DNA of 63,723 nt, filler included, from Octopus bimaculoides (GCF_001194135.2; 6 parts of 6 records of this genome joined end to end with filler, not necessarily neighbours in it), one strand, 5' to 3'. Shown: positions 1-12,966, numbered from the whole stretch's first letter. The notes: generated from the sequence alone by a model not told the origin. A program made the numbers and translations.

Positions 1-354
1 ACAAACTGCCTCAACAAAAACCTGGAAAAATTAGGGTTCTCAAAACCTGAAAGAAAAAGGCTGATTAGAAGACTACAGATTCAAGCCATCAATGGAACTG
101 TAAAGATATGTAAAACTTTCCAAAAATTTAGCACATAAATACATATGCATGCATCTAGACATAAAAACGCATCCATAAAACAAACATACAAATCTGCGCA
201 TACACTAACACCAAATACTGCACACACACACACACACATATGCACAAATACCTAGATGATGTTGATAAAAGTTCCAATGAAGGAGCCTTGAATCTATGTT
301 AGAGTCCGGCTCTTTCTCTATGGACAAGAAATACAGAAATGAAACTGATTGATA
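1..354 (+). mobile_element. 3' end of an R4/Dong-like RLE non-LTR retrotransposon (ACAT-associated subfamily 1)
   Basis: Frame 1 (1-138) reads TNCLNKNLEKLGFSKPERKRLIRRLQIQAINGTVKICKTFQKFST*, typical of the post-endonuclease C-terminus of RLE LINEs. A ~215-nt 3' UTR follows and runs into (ACAT)4 at 355-370. The same UTR recurs at 3121-3291. Confidence 0.7.
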
Positions 355-515
355 ACATACATACATACATAGTAATAATTTTATAGACTAGTAGCGAATG
401 TTTAAAGCCCGTCCACAGTATTTGGCTACCTGATGTCAACAACAGTATGGCGGTATATGCCACAGGATTTACTTCAGTTAATTTCTTTGCATCTTTAGAG
501 TTTATATAAAAATTT

Positions 516-611
516 GAGAGGTGGAAAATGGAATTCTTGAGATTCTTTATTCAGAATCATTACGGAGTGGTTCTGAATAAAGAGTTTTCGGAATTCCATT
601 TTCTGTTTCTC
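516..611 (+). other. Near-perfect 96-nt hairpin (46-position stem, 4-nt loop), G:U-rich on the + strand
   Basis: Positions i and 1127-i pair from 516/611 to 561/566: 35 Watson-Crick pairs, 10 G:U and 1 U:C mismatch. Function unknown. Confidence 0.85.
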
Positions 612-626
612 CCGTTTTTTTTTTCT

Positions 627-1125
627 ACATACGTACGTACATACATACGTACATACATACTTACATACATACATACATGCATACATACATACATACATAC
701 ATACATACGCACATGCGCACAAACACACACAAACACACAAACACACACATACATACATACATACATACATACATTCATGCATGCATACATGCATACATAC
801 ATACATACATACATATNNNNNNNNNNGCACATGCGCACAAACACACACAAACACACAAACACACACATACATACATACATACATACATACATACATGCAT
901 ACATGCGTACATGCATACACACATACATACATACATACACACATACATACATGCATACATACATACATACATACACACGCACATGCGCACAAACACACAC
1001 AAACACACAAACACACACATACATACATACATACATACATACATTCATGCATGCATACATGCATACATACATACATACATACATATAAATACACACATAC
1101 ATACATACATACATACATACACACA
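627..1125. repeat. Compound (TACA)n/(CA)n microsatellite containing a 10-N gap
   Basis: Direct reading. The block at 709-816 recurs at 979-1086. Confidence 0.95.
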
Positions 1126-1135
1126 GATATATATT

Positions 1136-1267
1136 CGACGGGCTTCCACACAGTTTCTGTCAACCAAATTCGCTTACAAAGCATTAGTCGGCGTCCGGGG
1201 CTATAGCAGAAGATATATGCCCAAGGTGCTGCGCAGCGGGATTGAAACCGCGTGGTTGCAAAGCAAG
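1136..1267 (-). mobile_element. SINE family A, 5' half (diverged)
   Basis: Matches the head and CORE-like block (ccttgggcaagtgtcttctactatagcc) of the fuller copy at 33627-34072. Confidence 0.75.
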
Positions 1268-1430
1268 TTCTGTGTATGATGTTTAACACTTATTTACGTA
1301 GTTTTACTTATCTAAGTAATTATACTTCTTTTTTTTTCTATTCATCCTGTTTATATATGTATGTTTATGAGTGCGGGAGAAGGGGTTAATTGCTTAAATT
1401 GAGTATGCATTTCGTGTGTGTATATGAATG

Positions 1431-1464
<34 letters not shown>

Positions 1465-1500
1465 AGTGTCAGTATTCTTATGTGCTTTTGTATGTTTTTT

Positions 1501-1532
<32 letters not shown>

Positions 1533-1809
1533 AGTGTGTGTGCGCGCGCGTGCACTCCAGCCAGCGAATGTACAAGTGTGTATGTATAAGTCAAGTATGC
1601 GCGTGTGTATGCTTCAAGCGCTATTAATTGAAACCAGAAACTATGCAACAACAACAAAAAAAGAAAAAAATGTATATATTAAAACAAAGAATATAAAAAA
1701 AAAAAAAAACTTTCTCGGCTATTTCCCTCCTTCAAACTGACCGTTAGTACATCCGCACATCGCGCCAAAAACAACAAAATAAAGAAATAGAAAACATTAT
1801 AATTAAAGA

Positions 1810-1845
1810 TATATAAGCGAGAGCGAGTCGCCCCGCCTTCATCAT
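1810..1845 (+). promoter_or_regulatory. Candidate TATA-Inr core promoter
   Basis: TATATAAG at 1810, TTCATC initiator-like with A at 1841 (31 nt downstream), GC box ccccgcc between them, in a locally CpG-rich non-repeat island. Confidence 0.25.
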
Positions 1846-2526
1846 ATCTTTATCATCCAGCAGACTCGTTCTAGTAGTAAGGAACACACATTTCGCCGCA
1901 GAAAAGCGACAGTCGTATGCGCATACTTGGACAGGCTAAAAGCGCAAATTAATTCTTCCAGCAACTTGTGCTTAGTTGAACGAACGCTTGGACTCACTCA
2001 CCATCGACAGTTCTGTGACTATAACATAAAAGCGGAAAATACATTATTATATATTATATACATATTTATATATTGTTTTTTTTACATATTCTTTTCGAGT
2101 ACAATGATATAATTAATTCGATTCTAAAATAATATACAGAATTTCTCTCATACAAGACATTGCATTAATATAATAGCCGTAAATAATTAACCGACCTCTG
2201 AATGGAGTCTACCGCTATATAAATATATAATTATATGTGTATTACATAGGTGTGTGTATGTAATTTTAAATATACGCTGACAAATATAAAACATAATACA
2301 TACATGAACATATGTATATGATATATATATACATATCATCGCAATAAAAGGGAAAAGGAATAAAAAGAGTAAAAACAACAACACAAAAGGAAAATAAAGA
2401 AAATGGTAGCTGTGAAGTTTTTCTTCATAATACTTTTTTGGGAGCTTTTCACGGAATTATGTGGTATGTATTACTATTTTGATATGTCCGTATGCTTGCC
2501 TGTATGTATTCTTTCTTTCTTTTCTT

Positions 2527-3106
2527 TTATTCTTTTATTTGTTTCAGTCTTTTGACTGCGGCCATGCTGGAACACCGCCTTTAGTCGAGCAATTCGACCC
2601 CGGGACTTATTCTTTGTAAGCCTAGTACTTATTCTATCGGTCTCTTTTACCAAACCGCTAAGTTACGGGGACGTAAATACAGACACACAAACATTATGCA
2701 CTCACATACACATGCATATATATATNNNNNNNNNNCAATTAATAATTAATAATTTTTACCAAGCCCATCGGTATGTAGGCACCATTATTGGTGGAGAACT
2801 TATTTAAAAGCTCATATATATTTATAAACGTAATTAAGGGATCAGCAAATATTTGCTTCACCATATACCGAAGTTCAGAAATAGCAGCTAAAAAAGCTGA
2901 GACTCCCACAGATAGCATCACTTATATATATATATATATATACGACGGGCTTCTTTCAGTTTCCGTCTACCAAATCCACTCACAAGGCTTTGGTCGGCCC
3001 GAGGCTATAATAAAAGACACTCACCCAAGGTGTCACGCAGTGGGACTGAACCCGGAACCATGTGGTCGGTAATCAAACTACTTACCACACAGCCACGCCT
3101 ACACCT
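2527..3106 (-). mobile_element. SINE family A split at its TA-rich core (3' half 2527-2695, 5' half 2942-3106)
   Basis: Both halves match the other family-A copies. The head is tRNA-like (ggctgtgtggtaag...ggttccgggttcagtccc). Confidence 0.85.
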
Positions 3107-3120
3107 ATATATGTATATAT

Positions 3121-3291
3121 GTTATTTAGTTTTATTTCTAGATTTCTTGTCAATGCAAAAAGAGCCGGTTTCTAACCTACATCCAAGACACCTTCATTTG
3201 AATTTCAACATCAACAAAATAGTTGTGTATGTCTGATTGTATGTGAAAGTATTTGGAGTCAGTACATGTGCAGATCTGTTTGTTTTGTATG
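3121..3291 (-). mobile_element. 3' UTR fragment of ACAT-associated RLE LINE subfamily 1
   Basis: The reverse complement aligns with 170-354 (gatgttga..aatgaagg..ttaga..ccggctcttt..gacaagaaat..gaaat.aaact). Confidence 0.65.
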
Positions 3292-3396
3292 ATGAATATA
3301 TATATATACTTATACATGTGGTTGCTCTATGTATGTATGCATATATTTATGTATGGATGTATGCATGCATGTCTGTATGTCTGTTTGTATGTATGT

Positions 3397-3723
3397 CTTC
3401 TCTTTCCCTTTTTAATTTAGAGCAAATTTTGACCGGCCGCCTACTTGGCAGCAACGTTGTAAAGGGAAGTTTTTTGTTTTACTCATCATCCTTTAAATCT
3501 TAAGAAGGCTTTGCAGGGTTTTATAGTCCCAGATATTGTAATCATTTGTAGTGTAAGAATTAAGGATTTGCGTACTCTCCCTAAGAACCCGAGCTGAACC
3601 ATAACCCGAATTCAGTCATTCTATGCTCCAGGCGGATTGGCATGTATCCTGTTGCTCCACTAATAACGGGTATGAAGCTGAAAGTGTATCTTGGGTATTG
3701 GACTTGCAATCTCTTTATTCTTT
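3397..3723 (-). mobile_element. 5'-truncated R4-like RLE LINE (ACAT-associated subfamily 2) flanked by (ACAT)n on both sides
   Basis: The minus strand encodes RLQVQYPRYTFSFIPVISGATGYMP...(frameshift)LGFLGRVRKSLILTLQMITISGTIKPCKAFLRFKG*, homologous to the peptide at 1-138. (TATG)n lies at about 3328-3396 and 3724-3780. Confidence 0.75.
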
Positions 3724-3959
3724 TGTATGTATGTATGTATGTATGTATGTATGTATGTGTGTATGTATGTATGCATGCATGCTCTCTCTTCTTGGTTGGC
3801 GTTTTAGAGTTCAATTTAAGTGGTGAACTGCTCGGTTTAAGACGAAGTTGTAAGGAAAAGAATTTTAAAAAACCATTACAGTTGCGTTTTTGTTCCTTTT
3901 GTCATCCATTACCCAGCCACTCACCCATAAAAATTTTAAGATACACCGATTTTTATTGT

Positions 3960-5900
3960 TCGAAACATCGTGATCAACTGTAACATATGAATTCCTTCTC
4001 CAAGAAACCAAGTTTTAGTAGCTTCATAATCCATACGCCACTCCGATTCTTCTCCAAGAATCTAAGTTTCAGGTTGAGTGCTTAAATACAGTCATGTGCT
4101 AATGTCTAATCAGCAATACGGGTGGCCGAAACTATCTTTTGGGTCGTATTCTTCTGCATCCTGCACACAGCAAAAAAAGTCGTTGCCTCGAATATCCCGA
4201 GAGTTTATGCATAGTTGGTTCGCAACAGTTCAGCCTACAGTAACTGACGAAACTCACTCACCCCCTAAAAATGGGAGGCGTTTACCCAACAGTGCATCTT
4301 CTACGAGACCACTATTTAAGCCGTGAAAGAGAACTTCGTACAACACGTAACCCTCAAATTATTTCGCCTTTTAAACTGCAGCCGATCCTTCTGGCCTCTT
4401 CCTAAAAGAATGTGCACGAATACACAATTCTCCTTGTTTTAACTTCACAAAAACAATGGTTCAGCGTGCAGTACACCTCGAAGAATACCAACATCTTCGC
4501 TCTCTGCTTTGTCGTTAACTCTTACTCTACACACGCTTGGCGAATTTGCAGCAAATCTTCCGCTATTCCAGGTTCCCTGCCTTGCTTACACATACATCAA
4601 TTGTGAAAGTAATACCTGTGCGAACTTCAAACCAATAAGGTCACTTGTCGGGGCAATGTCCTTTCCTTTACTCTCAGAGACTTGAAAGCAGCTTGTTTGT
4701 GCAAGTTCGGTTAATCGAAAATTCCACATACTGGACGCCAGTAGGTTTCAAGGGACACTAGGAAAGTTTGCGCACCCTATTTTGGGGCCTTCCTCTCGAC
4801 AGCTTTACAGAGCACCATCCACCCATCATTGAAGTGAGCACCCCCTCCTACTCGATCGACTGATTAATATTTGATCTTAAGTCCATTTCGGGGTCATAAC
4901 ATGTACTTACACGCCAATAAGTACCTCTGGTTCCTTCAAACCAACAAGACCGCTGATCCATGTAATGTCCTTTTCATTACGTCAAACTGAATTCACGCCT
5001 ATTTTCACCAAATCATTCAATCTTTCCTGCTCTGCAGGAATCTACCCCGATGCTTGAAAACATTCTATACTGTGTTCCTTTCCCTTGAAAGGCCACCCCG
5101 CTGGTCCTATCGCCCTACTACATTCACTTCTAATACCTTTAAAGTAATGGAGATAGACATTAACAACGACTCAGCATCCAATCAGATGATATTACTGTAA
5201 CATGTGTTAATGCAGCTCTTTCTCTTCTCCACTTCCTAAAACCCGGCGTATCCCAGGGTTCAGTTTTGTCTCCTACTTTCTTGCTTCTATTCATCAATTA
5301 TTCGTTTGCCGTCATCACATCTGACAACACCCGCTCTTAAACATGAAAGTATGTTTCGTTCTTCCATAACTCGCCTTAATCATGCATCATTTATCCACAA
5401 TCTAGATACCATAAACAATCTTCGCACCCATTCCACGAACAGGGACCTCGAAATTATCCCCCAATGAGACCGTGCTGATTTTGTCTCTTTTAACACGAAA
5501 ATACGAATCCTACTCATATCAAGAAAACTTCATCGCACCACGCCACACTTAAACGAGCAGCACACAACTAGAATCTTCGCGATCGCTACAAGTGCCGCAC
5601 CTCGGTATCATCGAGGATCTCTCCTGTCAGAAACACATCTTTAACATAGCTAGAGTCACAACTTGACAATTGACGCATCTCTTCAGGTCCAGGAGAAACT
5701 TCATCTCCCAACAACAATTGACATTCGATAAAGCTCAGATGAGGCCTGCAATCGAGCGTTGCATCTGCTGAGACGCTGCAGCTGCTGCACATGAGTTGCA
5801 AAAAGTCACTCAGATAATTTTCTGGTTTGATCCACAGACGTGCGGTCTCCTCGTTCCCTCATTGCCTTTTCTGTTCCTACTGTAATGGTGCCTTTTATTC
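3960..5900 (+). mobile_element. Highly degenerate Jockey/I-group LINE ORF2 (RT region) relic
   Basis: Ordered motif remnants: KNTNIFALCFVVNS (~4480), NFKPI (4623), GVSQGSVLSPTFLLLFIN (5245), NRDLEII..FVSFNTK (~5440), HLGI.EDLSCQKHI (~5600), LFRSRRNF..KAQMRP.IE.C (~5680). Many stops and deletions. Boundaries are approximate. Confidence 0.75.
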
Positions 5901-6024
5901 ATGCTATCTCAACTCAGGCATAAAAGATGAAGCAATAAATCTACTCAAGACTTTTATGAATTCAACCATGTCTCTGTACTTAACAGTGTCAATGGGGGAG
6001 TCTTTTCATGGTTGCTCCTTCTGC

Positions 6025-6080
6025 TAGAAACAGCAGACAAATCCCCGTCAAATCATACACCGCTGTTAAAAAAAAAAAAA
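6025..6080 (+). repeat. Old unclassified interspersed-repeat motif (also about 30243-30292 and 30882-30910)
   Basis: Shared tagaa(a/t)(c/t)agcag(a/c)(c/t)aaa..c(c/t)c..tcaaatca in three places. Confidence 0.5.
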
Positions 6081-6328
6081 AACCGGCGGAACACATTAGA
6101 TATTCCATGATAAACTATGTATGATAGTCGTGGATGGAACGACTTGGCGTACAGGCCTGCGTGATTAGGGTCAAACTGTGATGATAGATAGATAGATAGA
6201 TAGGTAGATGACATTTATATATCTTTATGTACATCAATATAAAGTGCGTGTATATATATATATAAATATATATATACATATAACTGTATATGTATATAGG
6301 TGTGTGTGGTCTGTGCGTACGTGCGTGC

Positions 6329-6379
<51 letters not shown>

Positions 6380-6389
6380 NNNNNNNNNN

Positions 6390-6447
<58 letters not shown>

Positions 6448-7059
6448 GTGTGTGTGGTGGAGAGTAATGGTAGTGGTGGATGAGGTCCGTCCGAATGAAT
6501 GAGCTATCAGCAAACTAGAATAATTGACTATGAAAGAAACACTGTTTCTTACGCTGTTTCATTGCTGATGCTTATTAGCGTATACAGTGAGCACTTTTCG
6601 GAAACCATGTATGCAAAACAATTTTCTTGTTAATACGCCGCTTGCCAGTTGCATACACACATACACACGCATGTACACACATGAATACGCACTTGCTAAC
6701 ATACACACATATAAACATGTATTGTAAACGTCTATACATACATACATGTATACGTATATACATACATACATACATACATACATACATACATACATACTGA
6801 CACTGTCTAAACTGCTTCAACAATAAATCTTTGTCAGTTTGGATACCAACTGTCTTCTATTTTATTTCAAGCGAAAAATATAAATATTGTTTCCTGAAAA
6901 TACATGAATGCATACATACATGCATACATACATACGTACAAACATACATACACACGTACATACATACATACACACGTACGTACGCGCGCGCGCACGCATA
7001 TATATATATATGAAAGAAGGGAGGTGACTGGGTTTGATTTGTTTAGAACTGTGCCGAAG

Positions 7060-7270
7060 ATGATGATGATGACGATGCCGCCGCCGCTGCTTCTGCTGGT
7101 GGTAGTGATGCTGGCGGAGGTGGAGGTGGCAGCAGCTGTGACGACGCCGATGACGATGATGACGATGATGACGATGATGACGATGTTGACGATAACGATG
7201 ACAATGATAATGATGATGACGATGTTGAAGATAATGATGACGACGGCGGCGACGACGACGATGGTGATGG
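7060..7270. repeat. Degenerate (GAT/GAC/GGT)n trinucleotide tract
   Basis: Direct reading. Confidence 0.9.
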
Positions 7271-7295
7271 GCTGGCTGACGGTTTTAATAATGAT

Positions 7296-7468
7296 TTCAA
7301 ATTTTTGCCACAAGTGCGTGACTGGTACTTAATTTATCGACCCCGAAAGGATGAAAGGCAAAGTCGACCTCGGCGGAATTTGAAGTCAGAACGTAGCGGC
7401 AGACGAAATACCGCAAAGCATTTCGCCCGGTGTGCTAAGGATTCTGCCAGCTCGCCGCTTTACCGATA
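7296..7468 (-). mobile_element. SINE family B with a 14-bp TSD
   Basis: tRNA-like head plus the gtcgactttgcctttcatcctttcggggtcgataaattaagtacc core. TSD gttttaataatgat at 7282-7295 and 7469-7482. Confidence 0.9.
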
Positions 7469-8411
7469 GTTTTAATAATGATCATTTATTTGCGTGATCA
7501 ACTGAACTGCACACTTTTAAATTAACGTGTAACAGTTGTGTGTTCTATGGTCATGTGCACCCTTAACACAGTGTTCTCCTTCGAGAATGCCGCATTACAC
7601 ATACAGTTGCTAACTCCCTTTGTGTATGCTGCAACCAAGGGCGGTCTGTTTCGTAATACAAAGATGAGTGAATGTATTACGAACAACGAAGGTGAAAGCC
7701 TCCAGCCAATTTGTTTCAATGCTGGCATACAACTTAAGTAGGTCAGTAACTCTATCTTGAGTCTTGTGTTGTTGAGAGAAAGAAGACTTCATGCCAAGCA
7801 AGTTTCAAACCTGGAGTGCCTGTAACAATCTTTAAAACATCTAGCAGTCAAGTATTTTAAAATCAACAAGGGCGTCCTTCTTTCTGGCTTGTGTAGAGAG
7901 CCTTCATTTCTATGGAGCCGGAACCCGAACTATAAAGAAGGGACATCAAAATTGTCTTGATGGTACATACTGCACCTAGCTTCTCATGAGGATTGAAAGC
8001 ATCTCATAGCATGAGCACGAGACCAAAGAGGAAATTTATGGACATATACCACTCATTTCTATATTGTTGGCCATCATTGCCACATCTAGGCTTAATAATA
8101 TTTTCAATGAAGTGGCTATTACAAACGTTCTGTTTTTTTTTATCGTTTTGTTTTCATTTCCAAAGATTATGGTATTGATGTTATTACTAATAATATCATC
8201 AATGACAACAGGTCTCAAATATTTAACCGATATTTCCAACTTATTTTCACCAATTGGTTAACTGTTCTTCGTTTATTACGAGAACGCTGTATCTCTGTAT
8301 TAATGTTTGGTTCGTATTTTTGTAATTACTAACGCTTCCATTGCTAATATTCTAATTATTTTGTGGAATTTTACATAAAATGGTTGTATTGTCAACTAAT
8401 GTTTATATATG

Positions 8412-8465
<54 letters not shown>

Positions 8466-9716
8466 CATGCATCTATGTATAAGTATGTTTACCTACACAT
8501 GAACATATATACACACACGCGCATATTTGTTATATTTGTTCCTTGTTGTGTCTTGTAATATGATGCTATGGTTCCTTATAAATGCGTCGTCAACCGACGA
8601 GAAAGTGTCTCGTGTGTGCATCAGATAGAACAGTTTGAGTCAGGAAGTTCACAACTTTCATATGTACAATGAAATTTGTATATTACATAGGCTGTCAAAA
8701 TTGAGTGGTTTTCAGGTTTGTGGTTTCATATTAATAAAGAGCTTTCAATTCTGGGTTGTTGTCTTTTTTTTAATATTCCCTAGCTATTAGTTTGTGGTTA
8801 GGTGGAAAATATATGTTGTGATCCATTTTATGACTTTTTAATGACATATTCATCTATTCTATAACAAAAATACATTTACTTCTTTAGTCTCATAACAGCC
8901 AATTCATTTTACCGAACGGTTTCCTGTTAAGAATACGTGGAAAGTTAAATTAACAGTTATTGAAGATAAAATATAGCAAGACGGAGCTGTATTGCTAGGG
9001 TCCTTTCTTTACATCTGATTTAAACTCTCAGAGATGTTTAAAATACTGGCTCGTGTACAAGTGCCTATTATTTCTGTGGTTTACTGGACATCTATCTTTC
9101 TATCATCTATCCATCCACCCATCCATCCATCCATTTATCCATCTATCTATCTATCTATCTATCTATCTAGTTGAAATTTACAGAAAAACAAAAGACGGAG
9201 ACAGGTGTATGAACAACGAGCAAGTGTATTAGTTTGACGCTCGGGAAAGTGAGAAAGTCTATAACGTTCGAGGCTACGCTCTTTAACAGAAAGGAATATG
9301 AGGAATATGGGGAATATGGGGTGGGGGTGGNNNNNNNNNNNNNNNNNNNNNNNNNNNNNNNNNNNNNNNNNNNNNNNNNNNNNNNNNNNNNNNNNNNNNN
9401 NNNNNNNNNNNNNNNNNNNNNNNNNNNNNNNNNNNNNNNNNNNNNNNNNNNNNNNNNNNNNNNNNNNNNNNNNNNNNNNNNNNNNNNNNNNNNNNNNNNN
9501 NNNNNNNNNNNNNNNNNNNNNNNNNNNNNNNNNNNNNNNNNNNNNNNNNNNNNNNNNNNNNNNNNNNNNNNNNNNNNNNNNNNNNNNNNNNNNNNNNNNN
9601 NNNNNNNNNNNNNNNNNNNNNNNNNNNNNNNNNNNNNNNNNNNNNNNNNNNNNNGAAGGACAGAAAGAGCAAGTGATGCGGTAAATGACGTTGCTAGAAG
9701 TGAAGGTAACTTTCTA

Positions 9717-9880
9717 ATCTTTTACTTGTTTCAGTTATTTGACTGTGGCCATGCTGAAGCACTGCCTTGACCCCCACCCCGCCCTCCGGACTTATTCTAT
9801 CGTCCTCTTTTACTGAGCCGCTAACTTACGGAGACATAAACACACCAACACCGGTTGTCAAGCGGCGATGGTGGACAGAT

Positions 9881-9911
<31 letters not shown>

Positions 9912-10092
9912 CACTATATATATATACATATATACGACGGACTTCTTTCAGTTTCCTTCTACCAAATTCGCTCACAAGGCTTTGGTCAGCCCGAGGCTAT
10001 AATAGAAGCCACTTGCTCAAGGTATCATGCAGTGAGTTGAACCTGGAACCATGTGGTTGGGAAACAAGCCGCACAGCCCCGCCTACGCCTAT
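9717..10092 (-). mobile_element. SINE family A, near full length
   Basis: Head, CORE-like block, (CA/TA)n core and 3' tail are all present. Confidence 0.85.
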
Positions 10093-10341
10093 GTTAGGTT
10101 TGTTATAATTATTTCCACCTCTACAAGATGTATCATAGTTACCAGATGGCAATTAAGACAAGCTCCTTATGAGTAAAGGAAATAATTTCAGGACTCAAGT
10201 ATTTCTCCAAATATGGCATATCATGAGGCAAAAGGGCAGGGTCATTGTCTAGAGATGAGAGGACAACTGTGAACACACGTTTCTATCTAAACAGATGTCA
10301 TCAGCATAAGATAGATAGAACTGTATGTATATATACATACA

Positions 10342-10386
<45 letters not shown>

Positions 10387-10828
10387 NNNNNNNNNNNNNN
10401 NNNNNNNNNNNNNNNNNNNNNNNNNNNNNNNNNNNNNNNNNNNNNNNNNNNNNNNNNNNNNNNNNNNNNNNNNNNNNNNNNNNNNNNNNNNNNNNNNNNN
10501 NNNNNNNNNNNNNNNNNNNNNNNNNNNNNNNNNNNNNNNNNNNNNNNNNNNNNNNNNNNNNNNNNNNNNNNNNNNNNNNNNNNNNNNNNNNNNNNNNNNN
10601 NNNNNNNNNNNNNNNNNNNNNNNNNNNNNNNNNNNNNNNNNNNNNNNNNNNNNNNNNNNNNNNNNNNNNNNNNNNNNNNNNNNNNNNNNNNNNNNNNNNN
10701 NNNNNNTGTGTGTGTGTGTGTGTGTGTTTTGCACGTGCATGTGTAAGCATGTATGAGCGTGGAAATAGATAATAAGTTACTCGTGAATAGTAACGAACCA
10801 AATTAACAATTGTATTACTATGTATAAC

Positions 10829-11208
10829 GGTTGTTGGTACTCCGTCGCTTACGACGTCGAGGGTTCCAGTTGCTCCGATCAACGGAACAGCCTGCTCGTG
10901 AAATTAACGTGCAGGTGGCTGAGCACTCCACAGACACGTGTACCCTTAACGTAGTTCTCGGGGATATTCAGAGTGACACAGTGTGACAAGGCTGGCCCTT
11001 TGAAATATAGGCACAACAGAAACAGGAAGTAAGAGTGAGAGAAAGTTGTGGTGAAAGAGTACAAAGGGTTCGCCACCGACCCCTGCCGGAGCCTCGTGGA
11101 GTTTTAGGTGTTTTCGCTCAATAAACACTCACAACGCCCGGTCTGGGGATCGAAACCGCGATCCTATGACCGTGAATCCGCTGCCCTAACCCCTGGGCCA
11201 TTGCGCCT
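10829..11208 (-). mobile_element. SINE family C (tRNA-headed)
   Basis: Head gcgcaatggcc..ggttagggcagcgga...ggtttcgatccc. The body matches 31781-32286. Confidence 0.85.
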
Positions 11209-11528
11209 CCACATGTATAATGGTAAACCTCGAAAGGAATTGTTTTTGTACAATACTTTTTTAACACAATATGTTGTACAAAATGTCTTGTAAAATTTAA
11301 CTATGAAATTTAGCTGTTTTCAAATTTGACCTCTTACACTTAATATAACAAAGTGCAGCATGGAAGCAAAATGGCACTATAACTAATTATGTTTCTGGCC
11401 CACACCAAAGTTCTGGTTTTGTCCCTATAGAAAAGATTCTTCATCAAGAATTCTTAGAGTGTCGAAGAAAATGTCGCACAGTACTTATTCCACGACTCTT
11501 TAGGTTGTCAGTATGTGTGTGTATGTGT

Positions 11529-11575
<47 letters not shown>

Positions 11576-11597
11576 CTCGTATAATTATATATGTATA

Positions 11598-11819
11598 CGA
11601 GGGAGTGCTAAAAAGGTCCTCACTTTAAGGGTGTCGCGAAAGGCCTGCTTGGAGGCTCAGCGTTCCCAGTTCTTTTATACTGCTTTAAAAAAAAAAACTG
11701 AAAGACCACTGCAGTAAGTGTGTGAATCTGAGAGAGGAATATATTGAACAAAATCATAATTAACTGATCTTCCTGTATTTTCTTTTACCCAAAGTCAGGA
11801 AATGCTCAGCATCCCCTCG
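11598..11819 (+). mobile_element. Internally deleted mariner element
   Basis: TIRs start CGAGGG (21/29 match) after TA. The interior encodes a mariner-type C-terminus FFYTALKK..KDHCSKCVNLREEYIEQ. Confidence 0.75.
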
Positions 11820-12396
11820 TTCATATACACACACACACACATATATACATATATATGCATGTATATATGTATGCGTATATACATATCTGTATGTATATAT
11901 ATATGTATATATATGTATGTATACTTATATACATATTTGTGTTTATAATATAGATGCATATATACACACCTGTATATATGCATGCATGCATATATAAGTA
12001 TATATGTATATCACACACATATACATACACACACATACACACACACATACACATATCACAAAATGAAGACAAAAATAATATACAAATAAATCATAATTTT
12101 TAAGATATAATGAAATGAGAAAATATACATATATATAAGAACAAAATGGCCAACGATCATTTTAGAAGATTTAGCAAATTAAGTGTAGCGTGAAATTACG
12201 CTTGACTTTTCGAAGCTCTAACTTCACAATCAATAAGACTGTTGTTATCATAATGTAAGGTTGTTATTGATTTAAAATAGACCAGCTGAATTTGACTCAA
12301 TTAAAAAGTTGAAATATATTAAAAATGTAAAAACAGATAAGCAAAACACGTAAAGAGAAAGTAAATGTGTACCGTCTCAAAGAACACCACAGTTTC

Positions 12397-12485
<89 letters not shown>

Positions 12486-12900
12486 GAGAGATAGACACAC
12501 ACACACACATACACACATACACATATACATACATACATACATACATACATACATACATGCATACATACATACATACATACATACATGCATGCATACATGT
12601 ACACACATGCGTACATACATCGCACCGCACACACACACGCATGTACATGCACTCACGCAGGCACATACACACACACGCACACACATGTATGTATGTATGT
12701 ATGTATGTATTCATACACACAAATGCCTAATATATAATTTGAATAGTATGAATATATGTTTATACATACGCATATGTGTGCGTATATGTCTGTGAATGTA
12801 TACGTCCACGGAAATTAATCATATACATATACACACGCATATATGCATGCAGATACTCTCATGTAACTATGTATATCTGTGTGTGAGTGCGTCATTGTGT

Positions 12901-12966
<66 letters not shown>

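Noticed and set aside
7538-7741. ITNNEGESLQ resembling helicase motif TINKSQGQSL
   Set aside because: The downstream HGQLYVA.SR motif is absent, so the match is likely chance.
11431-11510. Acceptor plus open frame KILHQEFLECRRKCR
   Set aside because: Weak donor, no recognisable homology and no partner exons.
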